A stretch of DNA of 64,000 nucleotides, from NCBI GenBank assembly GCA_937927575.1, contig CALBEE010000058.1:1489-65488 (forward strand), written 5' to 3'. The notes under the pieces were generated by a model. The model was given only the letters and a program-made list of their open reading frames with translations, made no database searches and had not been told where the DNA came from. The translations under genes and the position numbers were made by a program. Within the stretch, counting starts at the first letter, position 1, and each line of letters begins with the position of its first letter. This document shows positions 28,511 to 38,919 of the stretch, in pieces. This DNA is from an uncultured Saprospiraceae bacterium. GTDB lineage: Bacteria > Bacteroidota > Bacteroidia > Chitinophagales > Saprospiraceae.

Positions 28511-29864
28511 CTTTATCCTCCTTTACTCTAACCACATCTCCTTCCTCTAATTTTTTAGAGATAGCACTATAAGGTCCTGTTACGATTGTCTCTCCATCTT
28601 CTAATCCGCTTTTGACCAAGATATATTCGTCATCCTGAATGTCTGTTACTACTTTAACCATACGAACTGTATCTGCTTCCATAACGAAGACTACTTCTTC
28701 TAGTTCATCATCGGATGCCTTTTTCTTCTTTTTGTCTTTGTCTCCTTCTTTCTCTCTAACTGTAACTGCTTGTATTGGAATAGATAACATATCATCTTTC
28801 ACTTCTGTAGTAATATCTACAGACGCGCTCATCCCTGGACGAAATGGATATCTTTGATTAGGTCCTACAATATCTTTATAGCTTTCGCTATCGATACGCA
28901 CCTTCACTACAAAGTTGGTAACTTGATCCGTATTAAGAGATGCCGCTCCGCCTATATTACTCGCCGAATTGGCTATTTCGGTTACTACACCTTTAAACTT
29001 ACGATCTAAATAAGCGTCTACTTCTATCTCCACGTCATCATTAAGTGACACTCTCAGAATATCATTTTCACTTACATCGACCTGCACTTCCATTGCAGAT
29101 AGATTTGCTATTCTCATCATTTCCGTACCAGCCATTTGTATGGTTCCGACAACACGTTCTCCCTGCTCTACAGATAAAGAAGATACTACTCCATCTGTTG
29201 GAGCTTTAATAATAGTTCGACTCAAACTAGTCTGCATTTCTCTAAGAGTTGCCTCAGCACTTTGAACAGAATATGACGCCCCTTCGACTCCTTTTTCAGC
29301 AGCCAATAATGAAGCTTCTGCAGATTTCATATTCGCTTCCAAACCCTGAAGTGTTGAAAGTGATTGATCAAATTCTAATTGAGAAATTACTCCTTCACTC
29401 AATAATTTAGTGTTGCGATCATGAATAGTTTTCGCATTTGTAAGTTGTGATTGTATCTGTTGGATTTGAGCCTTACTTGTTGCTATTTGTGTAGCAGACG
29501 CCGCTTGATTCGCTTTAGCACTATTCACACTTGCTCTACCTCTTTGAACAGTAGATTCGTAAGTGTCTGGATCGATTTTAGCCAAGATTTGACCCGCTCT
29601 TACCGAATCCCCTTCTTGAATATATAGTTCTACAATTTCTCCAGAAACATCACTACTTATTTTAACTTCTGTTTCAGGAAATATTTTTCCACTCGCTGTA
29701 ACCGTTTCTACGATGGTTCTTTTTTCTACTTCTTCTACAGTCACTTCTTGGCCCTTAGGCTTACTCTTTCCTTTGAAATATGCAGCCGCGGCAAGTGCTA
29801 CTAATCCTAAAATTAATACTGGTACAAGCCACTTTCTAGATTTCTTCTTTTTTGCAGTAGTCAT
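28488..29864 (-). CDS. Efflux periplasmic adaptor (HlyD/MacA family membrane fusion protein) with acidic C-terminal tail
   Basis: N-terminal TM anchor, coiled-coil hairpin region, beta-barrel and MP domains. C-terminal Asp/Lys/Glu-rich tail (DKDKKKKKASDDELEE...KEDKDDKDEND). Confidence 0.75.
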   Translation of the reverse strand: MTTAKKKKSRKWLVPVLILGLVALAAAAYFKGKSKPKGQEVTVEEVEKRTIVETVTASGKIFPETEVKISSDVSGEIVELYIQEGDSVRAGQILAKIDPDTYESTVQRGRASVNSAKANQAASATQIATSKAQIQQIQSQLTNAKTIHDRNTKLLSEGVISQLEFDQSLSTLQGLEANMKSAEASLLAAEKGVEGASYSVQSAEATLREMQTSLSRTIIKAPTDGVVSSLSVEQGERVVGTIQMAGTEMMRIANLSAMEVQVDVSENDILRVSLNDDVEIEVDAYLDRKFKGVVTEIANSASNIGGAASLNTDQVTNFVVKVRIDSESYKDIVGPNQRYPFRPGMSASVDITTEVKDDMLSIPIQAVTVREKEGDKDKKKKKASDDELEEVVFVMEADTVRMVKVVTDIQDDEYILVKSGLEDGETIVTGPYSAISKKLEEGDVVRVKEDKDDKDEND

Positions 29865-29903
29865 ATCGCGTTGATTTGTATTGTCGTTGGTTTTTAGAAG
29901 TTT

Positions 29904-31340
29904 TTATTTTAATGAAATGGGTCTACCCATATAAAAGTCTACCACCTTTGCTTTAAAAAGATAGTCATACTTTGCAATGATCAAACTAATTTCTGAATTG
30001 TCTAATAATGCTCTAGCATTTACAAAATCAAAACTATTTATAGCTCCCAATTCATATTGTTTGGTCGCATTATCATATGCAGCCAATTGTGCATCTCTAC
30101 TTTTTTGCGCGGCTTGATAACTCTTACTTGCCGCCTGCGCGTCTGCAAGAGCTTGCTGCACATTTGTTTTAAGTGTATTTTTTTGTCTTTCAATATTAAG
30201 GGCAGAACTCATGGTATTAAGCTTTGCTCTTTCGACTCCAGCTGTTGCTTGATAGTTATTGTAGATTGGAATATTTATTCCTAGTCCAAATCCATATGAT
30301 AGATTTTCATCTATTTGATTGATATAAGGATTATCCGATGTTAGAGCTTCTTGTTCTGGAAATGAAAGTATAGCAGGCTGTCCATCTATACCTACAGGAA
30401 TATCTGTTACCGTCAAAACAACCTCATCTAATCTTTGGCCTCTATTATTATAATTACTTTGAAGCGATCCTCCCAAACTTACTGAAGGGTAATAGGCAGA
30501 CTTTGCAATATTTTCTCCTACTTCCGCAGCCCTAAAATCTAACTCCGCTGCTCTTATAGATGGCTGATTATTTAATGCGGCTTTATATATTTCATCAAAA
30601 GTAATGATATCGGAATCAGATACAATATCCACATCTTCTGGCCGCTCTAGAATCATCTCATATCCAGGTTCTAGCATGAGTTGCTGTTTTAGATTCAGCA
30701 TTGAAATAGTAACTGCATTCTGTTGAGCAATTATACTTTGTTCTCCTCTTGCCATTTGAGCTTCTAGATCCAAAAGTTCATTTGCAGGTCTTACTCCGGC
30801 CTTTATTAAAGTTTCTACTTGGTTATACTGTTCAGTAGTTAATTCTAATTGTGCCACGGCATTCTTTAAATTTTCTTCTGCAAATAGCGTACTGAGATAT
30901 GTATTAGCTACCAATAGCGCTATATCTCTCTCCGATTGTTTAACCGTGTAATTTGCTGATTCTTGATTGATCTCAGCCTGCTTGATCGTATTATTTATTC
31001 TCCCACCATTATATAAGGTAACGTTTGTACTTAACGAAATACGGTTACTTAGAAATGATTGAGTAACAAAATCATTGTTCGTAGGATCAATAGAACGTCC
31101 AAAGTTTAATCCGAAATCCGTTCCTGCATTAAGATTAGGATATCTGCCATGAGTGGCAGCTTTGTAGTTTATATTCGCTTGCTCTACGCTTATCCTTCCT
31201 TGCTGTATTTCTATGTTATTTTGAATCGCGTGGTTGATACATCTTTCAAGATTCCATACATCTTGAGATTGAACAGTAGATGAGCATAATGCTATAACGC
31301 AACAGATGGCTACTAATCGATTTATCGTTCTTAAGATCAT
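29904..31340 (-). CDS. TolC family outer-membrane efflux protein
   Basis: Signal peptide. Two-repeat OEP architecture with long alpha-helical coiled-coil segments. First gene of an operon with the HlyD and ABC components. Confidence 0.75.
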   Translation of the reverse strand: MILRTINRLVAICCVIALCSSTVQSQDVWNLERCINHAIQNNIEIQQGRISVEQANINYKAATHGRYPNLNAGTDFGLNFGRSIDPTNNDFVTQSFLSNRISLSTNVTLYNGGRINNTIKQAEINQESANYTVKQSERDIALLVANTYLSTLFAEENLKNAVAQLELTTEQYNQVETLIKAGVRPANELLDLEAQMARGEQSIIAQQNAVTISMLNLKQQLMLEPGYEMILERPEDVDIVSDSDIITFDEIYKAALNNQPSIRAAELDFRAAEVGENIAKSAYYPSVSLGGSLQSNYNNRGQRLDEVVLTVTDIPVGIDGQPAILSFPEQEALTSDNPYINQIDENLSYGFGLGINIPIYNNYQATAGVERAKLNTMSSALNIERQKNTLKTNVQQALADAQAASKSYQAAQKSRDAQLAAYDNATKQYELGAINSFDFVNARALLDNSEISLIIAKYDYLFKAKVVDFYMGRPISLK

Positions 31341-31518
31341 TTGAGTCGTTTTGTACTGATTATAAGATGTAAATACAAAGCTAATAGGTGTATTTATAAT
31401 ATCCCTTTGCTAAGGATATATCTTTCGTACAATATTATCCCACTATCAGTGAAATACCCAAGTATTTATATGAAATATAGCTTGAAACAGATAAACGGAT
31501 CAAAAAATGGACGAAATG

Positions 31519-32811
31519 CTAGTATTCTCCAGTTGCTCTTACTAGCTGAGTATCTAATATTCTGTCAAATTGCTGAGTAAAATCCGTGTAATACAAGATT
31601 ACGGTGTAGTAGTTGACCGTCCTTTGACTATCACCTTCTAGCGTATCGTAATTTGGTAAACCGTCAGCATCCTTAGTGGCAAATAGATAATTATAGACAC
31701 CTTGTTTTAGAGGTGTTTTTAACACATATCCTTTATTTGCTACATATTGCATTTTGTAAGTTTCGTCTATTCGCCAATCAGTGAATGGACCCACAACATA
31801 GACAGGATCTAAAGATTCATTCATTTTAAGAGCAAATATTATATTGGCATAATCTGCTCTATAATTTGACTCGCTATCTTGACCGCTAGCTGGATTTCCA
31901 GTAGCCGTAGGAAAGTCAAAAGTTTGAACTATATACCTACCATCAAAATCTATTTCATCTTGAAAACCTGAATAGGCCCTTGGTTTTTCTAAATGTAACA
32001 AGACATCAGATCCCATATCATGAAGGTCAATTTGAGCCACAAATTCGGTAGTATATTGCAGAGATCGTATATCGAACTGTCTAAACTCCTTACCCCCTGC
32101 CATTGCTAACTTACCGGTATTGTCAAAGGTGACTCTATTTCGAGAGATAAATTTAGGTGGTGAATCATTGATCATTTTATCCCATCTATTATTTTGAATG
32201 ATAGCTATGGACAACTCATTCATAGGATCACCAATCTTCATATCTAAAAGATCTACTTCTACTTCTAATTGTTGGTGTGTATTACTTTTAGTAACATCAT
32301 ATACTCGTTGAAAATCTGTATACAACTGAACCATATTTTCATCTATCATGAATCGACGCGTAATTACCGGATTAGTTAATTGTTCGTCATCATATATTAT
32401 CAAAATATAATTTCCACTTATTCGAAAACGAGTGTCTTCGTTGGGCAGAGTCAGCGAAAAGTTGACATAATCCACATAAGTATTTGTAGAAAACTCATAG
32501 TTCTGTATCTCTTCTCCGTTAAAACCATCTATATACTCTATCTCTTCAAGATCCGAAGCCTTCCAGTACCTATCACAATGAATTACTTGATAGAAAAACT
32601 CATTCGCATCATCTGACAACTCGTCAAATCTAAGGGTAAAACTACCATTCATACCAATTACTGGAACAATAGCAGGTTGCCTATTAATGTACATCTGAAC
32701 AGATTTAATTTTATCATCATAAACCATATCCTCATACACTTGACCGTTTTGCGCGTTAAGGCCTATGGTCAGAAGTATGCCAAAGAGTAAAAAACTTAAT
32801 TTCATATACAA
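31519..32811 (-). CDS. DUF5103 family secreted protein (T9SS plug-like; tentative)
   Basis: Signal peptide. From memory it resembles DUF5103, a family that recent annotation relabels as a T9SS plug protein domain. No independent check was possible. Confidence 0.35.
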   Translation of the reverse strand: MYMKLSFLLFGILLTIGLNAQNGQVYEDMVYDDKIKSVQMYINRQPAIVPVIGMNGSFTLRFDELSDDANEFFYQVIHCDRYWKASDLEEIEYIDGFNGEEIQNYEFSTNTYVDYVNFSLTLPNEDTRFRISGNYILIIYDDEQLTNPVITRRFMIDENMVQLYTDFQRVYDVTKSNTHQQLEVEVDLLDMKIGDPMNELSIAIIQNNRWDKMINDSPPKFISRNRVTFDNTGKLAMAGGKEFRQFDIRSLQYTTEFVAQIDLHDMGSDVLLHLEKPRAYSGFQDEIDFDGRYIVQTFDFPTATGNPASGQDSESNYRADYANIIFALKMNESLDPVYVVGPFTDWRIDETYKMQYVANKGYVLKTPLKQGVYNYLFATKDADGLPNYDTLEGDSQRTVNYYTVILYYTDFTQQFDRILDTQLVRATGEY

Positions 32812-32887
32812 TGGTAACCAATTTCACGCAATGATTAGTTTGGCTAAAGGTGTTAAATAGTTTTTAAATTCGATTTCCGATTTTTAG

Positions 32888-33751
32888 TTAAAACCTATAA
32901 TTATAACTCGCAACCACTCCTGCGGTCCACCAAGGAATTACGTCTTTATCTAATCTGATTGGGTAATAAAACTCAATCGCTGTATTTTTCGATTCATAAA
33001 ATTTTAATCCTATATCTATCCTTCTATCTATTACATCAGTGTTTGGTCCAGAATACCCTTCATATTCTACATGATATCTCAAGTACTCTTTTCCATATGT
33101 AGCCGTCAACCAAACATTATTTATAGGCACGGAAAACTTTAAACCTGGAGCATAATAACTAATATAATACTCTCCATTTGGGACCAACATTACACCCGCT
33201 TTGCTAGAGAAAGAAAGCTTAAAAACAGACGAATTAATAATATTCAATTCTGCATTGGCATGCAGGTTAGCCGCTAAAATAATGTCCATTCCTCCAGAAA
33301 ATCCTACCTCTAAGTATTTACCTGTCGTTGAATCTCTAGGAATTGAATAGCCTATTTTGTTTTTTGCATCTGCAGAACCATTCCAATACCAAGAAACATT
33401 GCCAAAAATTTTATAGTGTTTATTTTCAATCCTCTTTAAATCCCTCTTGACTCTCAAGTATTCGATTCTATGTACTTTAAATAATTGAAGATTTAACGTC
33501 TCCGCATTTATAATTTTCATCACATTCGCATCATAAATCGCGGCTAATTGATTGGCAATGTTTATTTTTTTTTGACTGGCTTCTCTCTTCGTTTGCTGAC
33601 CTCTTAGAGTAATAATTGTATCCAACACCATTAACTCTTCGTTGATCATTATACTATCAAAAGCGAAAGATTCTACAACTAATAGTTTATCCACTTGAGC
33701 AGAAATACTAAAATTAAATATTAATAGAAATCCCATTAGTAAATATTTCAT
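32888..33751 (-). CDS. Hypothetical outer-membrane beta-barrel protein
   Basis: Signal peptide. Alternating amphipathic beta-strand pattern. C-terminal Phe (SYNYRF). Confidence 0.4.
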   Translation of the reverse strand: MKYLLMGFLLIFNFSISAQVDKLLVVESFAFDSIMINEELMVLDTIITLRGQQTKREASQKKINIANQLAAIYDANVMKIINAETLNLQLFKVHRIEYLRVKRDLKRIENKHYKIFGNVSWYWNGSADAKNKIGYSIPRDSTTGKYLEVGFSGGMDIILAANLHANAELNIINSSVFKLSFSSKAGVMLVPNGEYYISYYAPGLKFSVPINNVWLTATYGKEYLRYHVEYEGYSGPNTDVIDRRIDIGLKFYESKNTAIEFYYPIRLDKDVIPWWTAGVVASYNYRF

Positions 33752-33857
33752 AGACTTACTTTTTGATTTTATCTAAATTGATAAACCAAAAGTACAGTGC
33801 CCTACGATCCTAATTTAGGCAAACCTTGGTTGTTTTCTTCCTAATTTGGGGGTGACA

Positions 33858-35414
33858 TTAGCCACTCCACCCTTCTCGATCCAAGCTTCTATATTGGATG
33901 GCTTCCGCCAAATGCTCTATCTTGATGTCTTCACTACTAGCGAGATCCGCGGCTGTACGAGCGACTTTCAGAATTCGGTCATATGCTCTTGCTGATAATT
34001 GCAATTTATTCATCGCTGTCTTTAACAACGTTACTCCTGCACTATTCAAGGCACAGACATCTCTTACCATTCGACTAGGCATCTGCGCATTGCAAAATAT
34101 ACCATCAAATTCTTCAAATCGCTTCTGCTGAATCTCTCTAGCCTTGATTACACGAGTCGTAATATCTTCGCTCGATTCACTTACGTATTCATGACTAGCC
34201 AATTCTTCATATGAAACTGGAGTCACTTCTACATGGAGATCAATTCTATCAAGCAAAGGACCAGAGATTTTATTGAGATATCGTTTCACGATTCCTGGAC
34301 CACAAGCACAATCTTTTTCTGGATGATTATAAAAACCGCAAGGACAAGGATTCATACTTGCTACCAACATAAAACTTGCTGGATAATCGACAGATACTCT
34401 TGCTCGCGAAATGGTAACCTTACGCTCTTCCATAGGTTGACGAAGCACTTCCAGTACCGATCTTTTAAACTCAGGTAGTTCATCTAAAAATAGTACGCCA
34501 TTATGCGCCAAGGATATTTCACCTGGATTTGGATTGGAACCTCCACCCACCAATGCCACATCACTAATCGTATGGTGTGGTGATCTAAATGGTCTCTCAG
34601 AAATCAAAGAAGCATTCTCACCAAGGTGTCCTGCCACACTATGTATTTTCGTTGTATCTAATGCCTCCAAAAGTGATAAAGGAGGAAGTATTGTTGGAAG
34701 CCTACGAGCTAACATTGTCTTACCTGCTCCCGGAGGTCCTATCAAAATTACATTATGTCCACCCGCCGCAGATATCTCTAACGCGCGCTTAATATTTTCC
34801 TGTCCTTTTACATCATTAAAATCAACACTATACTTTTCTTTATTCTCTTTAAATAATTCTCTCGTATTGTGTTCTTCTGGCTCAAGGTCCAAAGTACCAT
34901 CCAAAAAAACCACCGCTTCTCTCAAGTTTTGAATACCATATACTTCGAGATTATCAACGATAGCCGCTTCACTTGCATTTTCTTTGGGTAGAATGATACC
35001 TTTATAGCCCTCTCTTCTAGCTTGTATAGCAATTGGCAACGCTCCTTTAATAGGACGCAATCCTCCGTCCAAAGCCAGTTCTCCCATGATCAAATAATCG
35101 CTAAATCTTTCATCAGATATTTGCTTGGTCGCGCCTAATATGCCCACGGCAATAGGCAGGTCATATGCAGATCCTTCTTTTCTAATATCAGCTGGAGCCA
35201 TATTGACTACAAGTTTGAGCCTAGGCATATTATACGAGATGTTTCTAATCGCGGCCTGAATTCTTGCGAAACCTTCTTTTACCGCATTGTCTGGTAATCC
35301 TACAAGATCATAAAATTGTTTTCCGGCCATTACATTGCCGCCGGCATTTACCTCTACGGTAATCGTCTGTGCTTCCACGCCATGGACAGCACTAGCAAAA
35401 GTTTTTACTAACAT
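33858..35414 (-). CDS. yifB: YifB/ComM family Mg-chelatase-like AAA+ ATPase
   Basis: N-terminal Lon-protease-like domain. Walker A GPPGAGKT. Cys-rich segment ([17 protein letters not shown]). Conserved C-terminal [18 protein letters not shown]. Confidence 0.8.
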   Translation of the reverse strand: MLVKTFASAVHGVEAQTITVEVNAGGNVMAGKQFYDLVGLPDNAVKEGFARIQAAIRNISYNMPRLKLVVNMAPADIRKEGSAYDLPIAVGILGATKQISDERFSDYLIMGELALDGGLRPIKGALPIAIQARREGYKGIILPKENASEAAIVDNLEVYGIQNLREAVVFLDGTLDLEPEEHNTRELFKENKEKYSVDFNDVKGQENIKRALEISAAGGHNVILIGPPGAGKTMLARRLPTILPPLSLLEALDTTKIHSVAGHLGENASLISERPFRSPHHTISDVALVGGGSNPNPGEISLAHNGVLFLDELPEFKRSVLEVLRQPMEERKVTISRARVSVDYPASFMLVASMNPCPCGFYNHPEKDCACGPGIVKRYLNKISGPLLDRIDLHVEVTPVSYEELASHEYVSESSEDITTRVIKAREIQQKRFEEFDGIFCNAQMPSRMVRDVCALNSAGVTLLKTAMNKLQLSARAYDRILKVARTAADLASSEDIKIEHLAEAIQYRSLDREGWSG

Positions 35415-35517
35415 ATTGAATTGAGCATCTAATTAAATAATAAACCAAAAATACAATTTTATCTTGTCTACGACGCTCTTTAATTGTGGTGTGGAAGGTT
35501 TGTTGTTACTTTGCATT

Positions 35518-36141
35518 ATGAAATTATATCAAATCATATTAATTACTCTTATGTCGATAATGGTCATACCTAGCTGTGTGGTCAGTAAAATAAACCCAAG
35601 AGCTACGAACAATGAGACTCAAGCTAAACAGGCTATTCTCGACGTTCAAAAAAATGGAATAGTCGTTATTTTTCCTACTGACTATCAAAAAGAAAGAGTA
35701 CTTAGAAATATTTCGAATTCTAGGCCTCAAGTACAGCACGAAATTCAGAAAATAAAAGATCGTCGGACTAACCGTTGGAACATATGGCAATCCGAAATAA
35801 AAAATTACACTTTCTCTGACCTTTCTATTGTACCTGATTCTTTACTAAAATCATATATAGAAAACCCTACAAATATTACTTCTATAAATAAAGAAGGAAA
35901 GTCCCAGCAGATTGAATTAAACGATATCTACGTCTTGTATACAGAGTTTGGCGGATTTGACGTGAAAAAGAACGGTACCTTTATTCCTAATCCATTTCCA
36001 AACCAAGTAAAACCCTCAAAGTGGGCTTCTATCAGAGATTTCCTAGGTGTACAAGGTGATGAAAAAAGCATTAATAGTTTTTTCACTGAACTAAATGCTA
36101 ACTTCATGAGATATGCTGAACTTAGTAATACAAGCAATTAA
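35518..36141 (+). CDS. Hypothetical lipoprotein
   Basis: ATG at 35518 (MKLYQIILITLMSIMVIPSC lipobox). The ORF track extends to a TTG at 35464. No known motif. Confidence 0.4.
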   Translation: MKLYQIILITLMSIMVIPSCVVSKINPRATNNETQAKQAILDVQKNGIVVIFPTDYQKERVLRNISNSRPQVQHEIQKIKDRRTNRWNIWQSEIKNYTFSDLSIVPDSLLKSYIENPTNITSINKEGKSQQIELNDIYVLYTEFGGFDVKKNGTFIPNPFPNQVKPSKWASIRDFLGVQGDEKSINSFFTELNANFMRYAELSNTSN

Positions 36142-36262
36142 TTTCCTGTCTTATCTTTAAAAAGAGTTTAGGTAGATATACACTTCGATCATAAATCACT
36201 TAGATAATCAGGGAACTAATCCTTAGGTTTGACATTGTATAAGATATACTACAAAAGTAATA

Positions 36263-36583
36263 ATGGAAGAAATCAAAGTCACAATTATAGATAGAGAAGG
36301 TGAGCCTCATGAAATAGAAGTGCCCCTTGGAGTCGATCTTAATATGATGGAAGTAGCTAAAGCATCAGAGCTGCCTGTAGAAGGAACTTGTGGTGGCATG
36401 GCCTTGTGTGCTTCATGCCATTGCTATGTAGAAAGTGAGCACGACATTTTTGAAAGATCAGAAGATGAAGAGGATATGTTAGACCAAGCATTTTTTGTAG
36501 AAGACAATAGTCGCCTTGGATGTCAAATAAAAGTGGCTGAAAATATTGATGGCCTTACAGTAAGATTAGCTCCAGTAGATTAA
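36263..36583 (+). CDS. [2Fe-2S] ferredoxin, adrenodoxin-type
   Basis: Cys ligands in CGGMALCASCHC...C pattern plus LGCQIKV. Confidence 0.7.
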   Translation: MEEIKVTIIDREGEPHEIEVPLGVDLNMMEVAKASELPVEGTCGGMALCASCHCYVESEHDIFERSEDEEDMLDQAFFVEDNSRLGCQIKVAENIDGLTVRLAPVD

Positions 36584-36631
36584 TTAGAATGTTTTTTTGA
36601 ATCATTTATCTAGCTAAAAAATAAATACTCT

Positions 36632-37123
36632 TTAGCTAAACAATTCACCTTGCATTCCAAAACTCTCAGGGTTTTCTAATGCCAATAATCTTTTTTTAAT
36701 TTCCAAACCAAGCGCAAAGCCAGTCAAAGCTCCATTGCTCCCTATTACTCTATGACAAGGTACTATAATTGGAATTGGATTTTTTCCGTTGGCTAATCCT
36801 ACGGCTCTAGATGCGCCAGGATTTTCTAAATGTCTTGCTATCTCTCCATAAGACTTAGTCTTCCCAATGGGAATACTTAGTAGGTAACTCCATACTGCTT
36901 TATAAAATTCACTATGGCCTTCCCAATCTAAAGAGACATTAAATTCTTTTCTGCTTCCATTAAAATATTCGATCAGCTCCTTCGCTGCTTGTTTGGTATA
37001 TTGGTTGGGATATTCTTCAAAAGTTGGCCTCTTTTCACTCAAAGAAATAGATCTTACCCCATGCTCTGAAGCACTTATAATTAAGAAACCAATTTCCGTT
37101 TTTAATATCTGTCGACACTCCAT
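36632..37123 (-). CDS. ogt: Methylated-DNA-[protein]-cysteine S-methyltransferase (O6-alkylguanine-DNA alkyltransferase)
   Basis: Active-site motif IPCHRVIGSNGALTGF. HTH region SYGEIARHL. Confidence 0.8.
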   Translation of the reverse strand: MECRQILKTEIGFLIISASEHGVRSISLSEKRPTFEEYPNQYTKQAAKELIEYFNGSRKEFNVSLDWEGHSEFYKAVWSYLLSIPIGKTKSYGEIARHLENPGASRAVGLANGKNPIPIIVPCHRVIGSNGALTGFALGLEIKKRLLALENPESFGMQGELFS

Positions 37124-37968
37124 TATAATCCATCTAACTGATCAGCGCCCAATTGCCTTTTAAGTTTTTCATATTCTATAGGCAATACCTTTTTAAATCG
37201 ACTAGGATGTGTAAAGAAATGATTGATAGCAACCGTAGGAATATCCGTTTGATTAAAACCAATTGTGCTCAAAATTTTATCTTGCGAGTGATGCCCAACT
37301 TCTTCTAATTGCTCCCAAGTCACATGATCCAAAAATGTAAAATCTTCTCTTGGAAAAACACGCTGATAGGCTTCAGCATATCCATGCATCGCTATATTGT
37401 AATGATCTTCTGGATTGAGCATTCCAGGAATTAAATGCTCAAGTGAAAAAATAAAAACGCCATCTTCGATATCTGTTTCTACAGTATGCAAAAATTGATA
37501 TCTAGGAGAAGGAAAAGGGTGCTTATATAAAAAAATTCGATCCATGTCACCTAATAGATAATCCTTCTTTGCCATCATGAGTTTTATTGCATTAGAAGAA
37601 ATAATCGCTTTAAGATCATCTGGCACGGAGTGATGCTCACTACCTACGCTCGCAAATGCTCTCCCTTGCATATACATTACCAATCTACTGTCGTAAACCT
37701 TTCTTAATTCAGGATCCAATGATTTATAATATGGATCATATTTCATTAACCAATCCGCAATGGGCTGATCCAACTGTACAGGGTTGCGTTCATTCCACCA
37801 AAAATCAATCTGACCTTGAAAAATAACTACTGCTGTTGCGGCTATTAATGGAATCAATATCCAAATCATCATTTCTTGATGTCCTAACTCATAACTGATA
37901 TACAGCAACGCTAGAATAGTCAAGGCTATTGGCAAAGAAAGAATACGAGATAATGAGTGTATACGCAT
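37123..37968 (-). CDS. Hypothetical membrane protein
   Basis: Two N-terminal TM helices. ATGA overlap with the downstream ogt gene implies co-transcription. No confident motif. Confidence 0.4.
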   Translation of the reverse strand: MRIHSLSRILSLPIALTILALLYISYELGHQEMMIWILIPLIAATAVVIFQGQIDFWWNERNPVQLDQPIADWLMKYDPYYKSLDPELRKVYDSRLVMYMQGRAFASVGSEHHSVPDDLKAIISSNAIKLMMAKKDYLLGDMDRIFLYKHPFPSPRYQFLHTVETDIEDGVFIFSLEHLIPGMLNPEDHYNIAMHGYAEAYQRVFPREDFTFLDHVTWEQLEEVGHHSQDKILSTIGFNQTDIPTVAINHFFTHPSRFKKVLPIEYEKLKRQLGADQLDGL

Positions 37969-38041
37969 ATATATAATTTAGATCACAATATACGTAACGC
38001 TAATTTTTTCTTAGATCGTCTTTTTATAGACTAATTAGTTT

Positions 38042-38890
38042 TTACAAATATTTTTTAGCCGCTTGAATAACAGGTGATTCAGATGCTCCATCTCGTGTAA
38101 CGTATGCTACAATCTCAATATGGCTGAGATCATATGCCGGTGATGCATTAGTTGGAATGGGGAAAGAATATGTTTTACTTATGGCCTCATCCGCAGGAAG
38201 GTCAGATCCTAAAATATCTCCAAGAGGCGCAGTAAACATATGACGCAATACATGCTCGTGTTCATAATCCTCAATAATATTTCCATTCTCTTCTTGTACA
38301 TCTTCTATGGCGCCTTGAGTAATAGCTACAGCAAAATTATATCCTCCTTGAAGATCTACTAAAGGTGTAAAATCTATATCTATATTGATCGTTCCTCCAC
38401 TTTCTTCAGCATCAATTTCTATTTTTATTTCCGCAGGATCTTCGAGTTCTTGTTGGATTAAAGTTTCCCAATCATCTACATCATAGGCTAAAAACGGAGA
38501 ACTATTAAACGATCTTCTATTAATTGCCGCAGCCGGTTTTCCTAAAAATGGAGTATTGTTTTCTATCGTACGAGAAAAATCTGTTCTAAAGTCATATAGA
38601 CTCTCATCTAATGGCGTAGTGAGAAAATCTCCATGAATAGCTACTACTACTAATTGTTCTCCAAATTGTTCTAATAGCCTTTTTGCTTCAGCGGCTCCAG
38701 TTGGACAGTTAGGACATTTTACGCCTGTTAATTCTTGAAGGAGGACTACCTTTAAAGTAGAATCACCATCAACAGGTCCAGTCGGTCCTGAAGGTCCCAT
38801 TGGAACCACAACAGGTACTTCGTCACAAGAGATAATTGTAATACTTAATACCGCAAGAAAACAGAGTAAAAATTTGTTGAATGCAGACAT
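38042..38890 (-). CDS. Omp28-related outer-membrane lipoprotein with CxxC motif
   Basis: Signal peptide plus lipobox (ISC). Motif KCPNCP early in the mature protein, typical of Omp28-related / thioredoxin-fold-like lipoproteins of Bacteroidota. Confidence 0.45.
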   Translation of the reverse strand: MSAFNKFLLCFLAVLSITIISCDEVPVVVPMGPSGPTGPVDGDSTLKVVLLQELTGVKCPNCPTGAAEAKRLLEQFGEQLVVVAIHGDFLTTPLDESLYDFRTDFSRTIENNTPFLGKPAAAINRRSFNSSPFLAYDVDDWETLIQQELEDPAEIKIEIDAEESGGTINIDIDFTPLVDLQGGYNFAVAITQGAIEDVQEENGNIIEDYEHEHVLRHMFTAPLGDILGSDLPADEAISKTYSFPIPTNASPAYDLSHIEIVAYVTRDGASESPVIQAAKKYL

Positions 38891-38919
38891 AATATTTTAG
38901 TTTTTTCTTATTTATAAAA

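Noticed and set aside
37123-37968. Calling the 281-aa membrane protein an MtfA-like Zn peptidase
   Set aside because: There is some resemblance in length and context, but no HExxH motif is present, so it is left as hypothetical.
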